Assembly: GCA_964016885.1 (NCBI GenBank)
Contig: OZ024749.1
Coordinates: 2,108,001 to 2,172,000 of the forward strand
Source of the DNA: Eledone cirrhosa
Lineage: Eukaryota
Direction: 5' to 3'
DNA length: 64,000 nucleotides
Below are positions 54,592 through 64,000 of this stretch, piece after piece; positions within the stretch are counted from its first letter, which is position 1; each line of letters starts with the position of its first letter. The translations under genes and the position numbers were made by a program. The notes below the pieces were generated by a model, which was not told the DNA's origin, searched no databases, and saw only the letters and a program-made list of their open reading frames with translations.

Positions 54592-54905
54592 AGGCGCGTG
54601 GTTCTCTGGTTAGGGTATTCGGCTCACAATCGGGAGTTCATGATTTCGATTTCCGGCGGCGCGTTGTGTCCTTGAACAAGACACTTTATTTCACGTTGCT
54701 CTAATCCACTCAGCTGGCAAAAATGAGTTGTGTCTGTAATTCGAAGGGTCAGTCTTGTCACATTCTGTGTCACGCTGAATCTCACTGAGAACTACGTTAA
54801 GGGTACGCGTGTTTGTGGAATGCTCAGCCACTTGTACGTTAATTTCAAGCTGTTCCGTTGATCGGATCAACTGGAACACTAGTCGTCGTAACCGACGTAG
54901 TGCCT
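54592..54905 (+). mobile_element. tRNA-derived SINE, family B
   Basis: GGCGCGTGGTTCTCTGGTTAGG...TTCGATTTCC...GTGTCCTTGAACAAGACACTT; homologous to 12957-13292. Confidence 0.85.
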
Positions 54906-55757
54906 TCATTCATATCATATTTATAATCAATATAATTTTACATGAGAACCACTTTTAAGATATGTTACAAATATCTTAATAATAAAATAATCAGTCCTTT
55001 CAGTAAATCAGTCCAAATTCTTCATTAATTCAAAAAGGGTTATGTTAGAAAGAAAAGTTTTAAATATGGAATGGGTGACAAAGAAAAATGGTGATAGTTT
55101 AATAACTGGATTGTTTAGTTGTTGATTGTCAAAGCCCCTTCGTCACACATTCTGTGACCTCTTCAATTACTACTTGTGTTACTTTGTGCCTCCTCTTTCT
55201 TCTGTTTTACACCATCGTCTGTATGTGAGTTTATATGTGTGTATGTATACCTTGACTACAAATGTCCATGTGATTTTCACTTAGAAAGCTCACCTCCGGA
55301 GGCCCAGGCAAGGTATCTTTCAGGAAGACCAGCAGTTGCCATGCATACCAGTCTCTCTTCTCCACGCCACTGATGCTGTCGAAGGGAAAGCCCCAAAGGC
55401 CGATTAAGCGTTGGAATTCATTTCTACAGCTGAGTTAACAGGAGCAACGTGAAATAAAGTGTCTTGCTAAAGGAATTCAGAGCTCTTTAACCACTAAGCC
55501 ACTCGCCTTGTATAGCTGTATACAGACACACACACACACACATGCACACACACACACATATATATATATATAAACATACACATATACACACCAACACAAA
55601 TACATGCAACGTACACAATACAAAATAAATTCTCTCTCTCTCTATATATATATATAAAAATGAAAGTATAGAAAACATTGTAGCAAAAAGCCAACAGTAT
55701 TCCATAATATATAATATATAATATATATATATATATGTATGTATACATATAGACACA

Positions 55758-56520
55758 TAATAAAATAAGAGAGGTAGGGAGGGGGTAAGATCTTTTCAAT
55801 GAAGTGTCTTCTATTTTATCAGACTGCCAGAAATGAAAGGATACATTAAGTAAATATATAAAGATATATTGTTGACATAAGATTCTGTCAAATGGAGGTC
55901 AAGAGCAAGGTATGTAGATAAAGAGAAGTGGGATCGAATCCATTGCTACTCAAAGAGGAGAGAACAAATCAAAACATGCAAGCCAGAGTGGTATAAGAAC
56001 CCTAAGCTTAGTAACTCAATCGCCCTCGCCAAGAAAATCTGGGGCTTAAAACGTAACAACACAGATTATAGTTTCTCTTGGTCCGTGTTAAGGTTCGCAC
56101 TTCCATACTAGAATGAAAGGCCCTCTTGTGATCTTTGTGTGAGGGAGGTTATGGAAATTATGTCTGGATCCGATCTGTTAAACTCTCGTCAGGACAGAGT
56201 TATAACTATAATCTATGTTGTTCTGTTTTTAAGCCCCATATTGTCTTGGCGAGGGCGATTGAGTTACTAAGTTTAGGGTTCTTATACCACTCTGCATGCA
56301 TGTTTTGATAGCAATGGATTCGATCTTTGGATAGCAATGGATTCGATCCCACTTCTATTTATCCACATACTTTGCTATGCCCTCCATTTGACAGAATCTT
56401 ATGTCAACTAAGTATTTATATATATTTACTTAATGTATTCTTTAATTTCAGGCAGTTCTGATAAAATAGAAGACACTTCATTGAAAAGATCTTACCCCCT
56501 CCCTACCTCTCTTATTATTA
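55758..56520. repeat. ~315-bp diverged inverted repeat (55758-56073 / 56204-56520)
   Basis: AGTAACTCAATCGCCCTCGCCAAGA vs TCTTGGCGAGGGCGATTGAGTTACT; GTAAGATCTTTTCAATGAAGTGTCTTC vs GAAGACACTTCATTGAAAAGATCTTAC. Confidence 0.9.
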
Positions 56521-56644
56521 TTATTATTATTATATGTTTATTTGCTACTTAAAATTTAAAAACTTTAACTCTTGTATCACTATATTTCTCTGGATAAGTA
56601 TCGACATATGTCTGCCTTTATTTCGATATTCTATATGTATGTGA

Positions 56645-56689
<45 letters not shown>

Positions 56690-56815
56690 GAGGTTATATT
56701 TAATGTGTTGCGATTCAACAAGCTTAACTATCAAGCTTCAACTATCCAGGAAGCTCCAACCGTTAAGGTTGTCTTTTTTCCGGCTATGTCAATATTTATT
56801 CATAAAACAAATCTG

Positions 56816-56881
56816 TATTTTATCTGATGAAAGCGCACCATAATTTGCCTTGGTTGCCCTTGAAATATATATAATGAAATA
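56816..56881 (+). ncRNA. Type-I hammerhead ribozyme motif (HHR6)
   Basis: TATTTTAT-CTGATGA(56824-56830)-AAGCGCACCA...TGGTTGCCCTT-GAAA-TATATA-TA-ATGAAATA. Confidence 0.82.
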
Positions 56882-56943
56882 AATATGGTTTTATAAATAT
56901 AGTTTCCATTTATTAATATATTGTATATATATATATATATATA

Positions 56944-57018
<75 letters not shown>

Positions 57019-57164
57019 ACGTATGTATATGTGTATGTGTGCATGGGTGAGTATATGTTATTTTATGTTATATAAGTATAAGTGTATTTGTGTATGTATA
57101 TAATCATATATATATGCATATATATGTCTATACGTGTCAGTGAACGTATGCGTGTATATATATG

Positions 57165-57500
57165 CTGTGGATCCAAGCTGCTCTCACCCGCGCCCGTGAA
57201 ACAGACCGTACCACAGCCCTCTCACCCGCGCCCGTGAAACAGACCGTTCCACAGCCCTCTCACCTCCCCTACGCCCTTCCAACACCCGTGTTCCTTTCCC
57301 TCGCACCTACCACCCCATCATCCTACCACTCTGGTAACATATCCTCCGTTCCTTCCGCATCCTCTCTTCTGACCCCGTCACTTCTCGCTTTGTTCCACAC
57401 CCACCCATTACCAACAGTTTTGCAAGAGATGTCAACATGATTGGACCTGTTATTTGTATCTAAAGACATTTTTACCAATTCCAACCCGCCCGTCCCCTCA
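57165..57500 (+). mobile_element. Deleted or degenerate PLE linker-region fragment
   Basis: IQAALTRARETDRTTAL, TYHP and KDIF pieces resemble the PLE post-thumb region; immediately followed by HHR7. Confidence 0.5.
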
Positions 57501-57521
57501 ATCTATCTTATTTCTCATTCT

Positions 57522-57559
57522 TTCTTCTGATGAAGGACTAGCGTCCGAAACGTTAAGAG
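57522..57559 (+). ncRNA. Minimal type-I hammerhead ribozyme motif (HHR7)
   Basis: TTCTT-CTGATGA-A-GGAC-TAGC-GTCC-GAAA-CG-TT-AAGAG; stem III reduced to the palindrome AACGTT. Confidence 0.78.
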
Positions 57560-58090
57560 CTTCTTCCTGCTACATCAAACGTTAACCTAATATATCCCTT
57601 CCTTATACTGTACCGATTGTGTTGTTATTTCTGTTTACCTTTTACATACATATATATATGTATTCATTAAACTTATTCACCAAGCAACCAAATTACTTAT
57701 CTAAAAACCTAGTATTTCGAGCAACCTTTTTCCATATAAAACAGAAGTAACATTCAAAGACCGACCAGATGTGAGAAAAACCACAACCCTCCATCTCAAT
57801 TCTACTTTTGAAAAGCAGAAGAACTGCGAAACCGGTAAAGGAGCCAAATAAATATATTTAAAAAAAAAAAAAGATTCCAGTTGCATTTTCGATTTCATCT
57901 TTTTTCCTTATACTTTCACTCGTGTAGGACACCTCGTCTTTTTTTCATTTTGTAAAAAAACCTCACTTTCTAATATATATATATATATTTAAAGGTTAAA
58001 CAAGGTTCAATGAATACATCAAAGAATGAGTTTTGGAAGCACTCAACAAGAGTTTTTCCAGAGTTATTAATATTAATTCAAAATATTAAC

Positions 58091-58327
58091 AAAATAGATA
58101 TTCTTGTGATCAATTATATTTTATTATACATATTTCAGAGGTACTGAATTAAGTTCAACAGTACGTCCTCATCACTACCATGACTGAATCTTAACCATCT
58201 ACTATGTCAGGGTATGTCTTGTATAATTTTATTTTATCTTATGTGATGAGGACGTACTGTTGAACTTAACTCAGTACCTCTGAAATATGTATAATGAAAT
58301 ATAGTTGATCACAAGAATATCTATTTT
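58091..58327. other. Inverted duplication of an HHR4-family element with both hammerhead cores broken
   Basis: Arms 58091-58175 / 58243-58327; spacer is the reverse complement of sequence homologous to 47031-47098; plus-strand core reads C(TTATG)TGATGA. Confidence 0.8.
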
Positions 58328-58329
58328 GA

Positions 58330-58382
<53 letters not shown>

Positions 58383-58671
58383 ACATACACGTTTATGTAA
58401 AATTAAATTTCCACCCTTTAGTTTTTCTTTCTTTTGTCTTTATTTTATCTCATTTTTTTCATAGCTAATTATTTTATTACTTTTAATGACTTATTTCCCA
58501 GTCTGTCCCTCCAAATTATATTTTTTCTGCCTCTTTTCTTAGTCCAGTCACCTTTTATTACCAGTGGATAGCAGTAGAAATAATTTCTCTGCAAGTCTTA
58601 CATCATAATTTGAAATCTTTCTAAATAAATGCAATATTTAATGCATTGCTAATGAATGGGCATAATAATAA

Positions 58672-58862
58672 TCATTTCTACATTTGACACAAATACCCAG
58701 TGCTTTACTGGTACTTTTATCGACCTCGAAAGTATGAAAGGCAAAGTTAACCTCGGCGAGATATGAACTCATAACATAATACTATTTACGGGGTCGATAA
58801 AATAAAGTACCAGTAATGCACTGGCTAATTGGTGGCCTTGTGCCTAAAGTAGAAACAATTAT
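58672..58862. mobile_element. Two SINE family A fragments in opposite orientation
   Basis: Minus copy about 58672-58775, plus copy about 58786-58862. Confidence 0.78.
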
Positions 58863-59129
58863 TATGGAACCAGCATTATATTGAAACATGTTAATGAACT
58901 TTCCATTAAATTCCTCATTGTTCTATACTTCACCTCTAGTATTTGTTTTTCCTATACATTTAATGATCTTACACCTATATATTCCACCTGGATACTATAA
59001 TCTGACCCCTCTTATTGGACTTTTACTGTAACCTATACAAGGACTATGGTGAGATACTTTGGTAAGCAATCTTATTTTATTTTTTGTTTGCACACTTATC
59101 TCTACAAACAAACTTTACCCCTACATTTG

Positions 59130-59194
<65 letters not shown>

Positions 59195-60689
59195 AAATAT
59201 CAGATTAAAGTTTAAGCAAAGAATCGCTGCTTGTATATACGGAAATATATGTTACAACAATTTTAGAGGTCATAGTCATTGATTGATTTTGATTTTTCTC
59301 GTCTGAAATATTATTTAAATATAATTGCTGTCTATCTTTTTATTCCTATTCTATGTATTTTTAATACTCATATAACGTTTATTTCTGTATTTCTATATTT
59401 ATACATTTCCTTTGATAACCTCTTTCTTTCCTAAGATTAGTGAGAAAATCTTCTTACAACTCAGTTGTTTTAGATGTTTTCATTGTCACATATTTTATAT
59501 ATTCTTATTTTTCTCATTACTCAGACTTAATTCTTTTACTCTGTGTTCCGTCTAATCCACATTTTTTAAACCAAAAGAAAAAAAGCATTATTAATATAAT
59601 TTTCTTCTATATTGCCCCCAGTACGCAATACTCTCGATTATATTGGCCCAGTATTTGACTGATATTATTGTAATCGATATAGCGACAGCTAAAGTGAAGC
59701 ACGCTTAGAATTTACATATTGTTGTTGTTGTTGCAGCTATTGATTAGTTTAAGAGAAAATTCTTTTAAAAATCTTTATCGGGTTGTTTGGAGCAGCGTTC
59801 TGTTATACGCGATGTCTTGAGCATTTTTAACCTGGCGTGGAAATATATCCAGGTCCGTGACGATAGAAAGACGAATTGATGGTCTTGTTGTTAGAGAGGG
59901 AGAGAGAGAGGAAGAGAGGAAGGTAGAAAGAGGAAGAGAGAGAGAGAGATAGGAAGGGAGAGAGAGAGGAAGGTAGAAAGAGGAAGAGAGAGAGAGATAG
60001 GAAGGGAGAGAGAAAGAGGAAGATAGAAAGAGGAAGGGAGAGAGATAGAGAGAGAGATGAAGGTAGAAAGAGGAAGAGAGAGAGAGAGAGAGATAGGAAG
60101 GGAGAGAGAGAGAGAGAGAGAGGAAGGTAGAACAAGGAAGGGAGGGAGAAAGAGAGGAAGGGAGAGAGAGAGGGAGGGAGTGTGTGTAAAAAGAGATAGT
60201 AAAAGAACTATGATTAGTACTTGGTAGGTAATTTGTGTATTGATGTGTAAAAGATGGAAGACAAAGTAATGAGGGTGAGATGTGAATTCATAGAGCAGTG
60301 AGCCGGAACAAATATCAATGTGTTACTGGTTAACCCTCAACTGAGGAGACCCTTCATTAAACCTATGTCAACTGTTTTGGGAGGTATTCTCAGGACTATA
60401 TGGTGTAATCGGTATTGGCATCGAGAAAACAGGAGATACATTTGACAGCTATATCTAGGAAGTCGAGCAACCACGTAGAGGTCCCATAATCGGCTTATGC
60501 TTTATAGCACAACGCTCTTGGTCCAATGATCCACCAATTCTACTGCTCTAACATCTTGTTATACCATGCTGGGGTACCGCCTTGATTTAGTCAATCACAT
60601 CGAGACAGGTGCTTATATTTTTAAGTTTGGAATTTATTATGTCGAACATTTTTTCAGGACATAAACATAGACACGGCTATAAGCAGGTC

Positions 60690-60752
<63 letters not shown>

Positions 60753-60780
60753 GGAGGTGAGTTTTATTGTAGTACAATAA

Positions 60781-61020
60781 ACTAAAGACATTCCTATACC
60801 TGGTAAATCTGAATTCACCAAACTTCTAATTGAAAAAGCGGACTCCTTTGTAAGAAGGCTTAGATGGATAGCTTATTTCTATGACCAGCGCCTAAAAGGG
60901 AACTTCTATACCAAGGAATATAACTTCCTCGATCATCTATTTAATTCTAGAAGAAATCCTCCTTCCAACAAAAATCTAGTGCAATTCGAGGAAGAGTTAA
61001 CAACAATTATAATGAAAACA
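60781..61020 (+). mobile_element. Penelope-like element ORF N-terminal fragment
   Basis: Manual translation KDIPIPGKSEFTKLLIEKADSFVRRLRWIAYFY...FNSRRNPP...LVQFEEEL; not in the ORF track because it lacks a start codon. Confidence 0.65.
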
Positions 61021-61099
61021 CAAATGTTATTGCATGATGATATTTGTTTTTGAAATGCGCATAATAAAATACATGGAACTCTTTTAACCATCTTTTGAT

Positions 61100-61161
<62 letters not shown>

Positions 61162-61651
61162 CGTGTGTGTGTGTGTGTGCATGAATAGATATAATTGTGT
61201 AGATATTGGGTATATAAAAACATACTTATTGTCATACAAACACACACACACACACATATATATGTGTATAAATATATTTCTAAAAAAACACATAAATACT
61301 GAAATGGAAAATATCATGGATGAACATGAAGAGTGTTTGAAAACATTTGAACTTACCGACAGCAGCGTCTTCCGGAAACATAATGTAAATTTCATAGCCA
61401 CCCTTTGGATCACACGCTTCTGAAAAACAATGGAAAGACAGGATATGTTTGAGAAATGGAGAAATATACATTGTGAATTCATAATTTTTTTTGTGTCTCT
61501 TCCAAACATCTATCAAATATACATTTACTATTTATATTTATTGTATATGAATGTATTGTATATATTTATTCTTAATTCTAAATACGGTATATATATATAT
61601 ATATAGTAATAATAATAAATTTGAAGACTAAATAAATATATATATATATAT

Positions 61652-61977
61652 ATATAAAACGAAAAATCAGTGATGCATCTGAACTCAATTTATTGTGTGT
61701 TACAATTGTTTCGCCGGCAGACAGCTCGAGACACGATCATGGTGTGGATATGTCTGATTCTGGACCCGCAGGTTCGACGGAAACGTATAATGATTTCGGA
61801 GCATATTCTCTCAGTGAGTGAATATGCTCACAGTGATCATTAGACGTGTCTGTCAAACCTGCAACTCCAGAATCAGACAGATCCATACAATTATCGTGTC
61901 TCGAGCTGTCCGACGGCGAAACAATTGTAACACACAGTAAATTGAGTTCAGATGCATCACTGATTTTTCGTTTTATA
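61652..61977. other. ~325-bp fold-back hairpin with mirrored hammerhead 3' half
   Basis: Arms pair from ATATAAAACGAAAAATCAG / CTGATTTTTCGTTTTATAT inward to GAGCATATTC / GAATATGCTC; right arm has GAAA-C-AATT-G-TA at 61918-61929. Confidence 0.85.
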
Positions 61978-62055
61978 TTATATCATACTCTGTTCTGTAA
62001 GAACATAGAGTGCTCAACCGGCATAACGCCTATGGAAGCATCTTAGCTACCATCA

Positions 62056-62059
<4 letters not shown>

Positions 62060-62154
<95 letters not shown>

Positions 62155-62400
62155 GTTATGTAAATATATATATATGTATATATATATGTATATATATATA
62201 TATATATATATAAATATATGTATATAAATAGTCAGATACTAATTTGAAAATTAGGTAGTAACGTGTGCTTACGCCGTATTTGACTAAATAGAATTAGTCT
62301 GTTAGTTGGGATTTTAAGAAAACCCTTTGGATGAAAAAAAGGACAAGTATTGACATACGTGGGACACTAAATATATACATATAAATATATATAAATATAT

Positions 62401-62435
<35 letters not shown>

Positions 62436-62568
62436 CATATAAATATATATATATACATATAAATATATACATATAAATATATATATATATATATATAAAT
62501 ATATATATATACATATAAATATATATATATATAAATATATATATATACATATAAATATATATATATAC

Positions 62569-62599
<31 letters not shown>

Positions 62600-62636
62600 A
62601 ATATATACATATAAATATATACATATAAATATATAC

Positions 62637-62678
<42 letters not shown>

Positions 62679-63537
62679 ATATATATATATACATATAAAT
62701 ATATACATATAAATATATATAAATATATACATATAAATATATATATATATAAATATATACATATAAATATATATATATATAAATATATATATATATAAAT
62801 ATATATATATATAAATATATATATATATACATATAAATATATATATATATATATATATATGAATATATATAAATATATATAAATATATATATATAAATAT
62901 ATATAAATAAATATATATATATATATATATAAATAAATATATATATATATATATATATATAAATATATATATATACATATAAAATATAAACATATATATA
63001 TATATATATATATAAATACATATAAATATATATATATATATATATATAAATATATATATATACATATAAATATATATAAATATATAAATATATATATATA
63101 CATATAAATATATAAATATATATATATACATATAAATATATAAATATATATATATACATATAAATATATAAATATATATATATACATATAAATATATAAA
63201 TATATATATATACATATAAATATATAAATATATATAGATACATATAAATATATATATAAATATATATATATACATATAAATATATAAATATATATATATA
63301 CATATAAATATATAAATATATATATATACATATAAATATATATATAAATATATATATATACATATAAATATATAAATATATATATATACATATAAATATA
63401 TATATAAATATATATATATACATATAAATATATAAATATATATATATACATATAAATATATAAATATATATATATATACATATAAATATATATAAATAAA
63501 TATATATACATATAAATATATATATAAATATATATAA

Positions 63538-63570
<33 letters not shown>

Positions 63571-63723
63571 AATATATATATATACATATAAATATATATA
63601 AATATATATATATAAATATATATAAATATATATATAAATATATATAAATATATATAAATATATATATAAATATATATATATACATATAAATATATATAAA
63701 TATATATATATATATACATATAA

Positions 63724-63756
<33 letters not shown>

Positions 63757-63902
63757 AATATATATAAATATATATATATAAATATATATAAATTTATATA
63801 TATATATAAATATAAATATATATATAAATATATATATATATATAAATATAAATATATATATAAATATATATATATATAAATATATATATAAATATATATA
63901 TA

Positions 63903-63934
<32 letters not shown>

Positions 63935-63955
63935 AATATAAATATATATATATAA

Positions 63956-63986
<31 letters not shown>

Positions 63987-64000
63987 AATATATATATATA
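62060..64000. repeat. (TA)n-based complex microsatellite
   Basis: TA runs punctuated by TAAA and TACA; source of the Ile/Tyr ORFs. Confidence 0.96.

Noticed and set aside
62294-63719. Ile/Tyr-rich ORFs of 369-463 aa (also 14789-15805)
   Set aside because: Translations of (TA)n microsatellite

Overview
Eukaryotic (animal) non-coding DNA, very AT-rich and microsatellite-rich. The SINE families and repeat style suggest an octopus or other coleoid genome, which is an inference. I recognise no host protein-coding exon. The long ORFs in the track are artefacts of tandem repeats (24-, 63- and 14-bp arrays, (TA)n, (CA)n). The real coding remnants are retrotransposon fragments: Penelope-like elements (PLE; RT + GIY-YIG), RTE, CRE-like and R4-like RLE elements, and an L1/Tx1 3' end nested inside a PLE. 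About 25 tRNA-derived SINE copies in two families are present. The main hidden signal is a dense set of minimal type-I hammerhead ribozyme (HHR) motifs: 7 with intact cores and several degenerate ones, mostly in short non-coding units between (TA)n tracts, consistent with PLE pseudo-LTRs or retrozymes. There are also four long fold-back hairpins in which the 3' half of a hammerhead (GAAAC-stem III-GTH) is mirrored in place of the CUGANGA half. Two minisatellites are visibly derived from LINE sequence. All calls were made by eye; coordinates of diverged elements are approximate.
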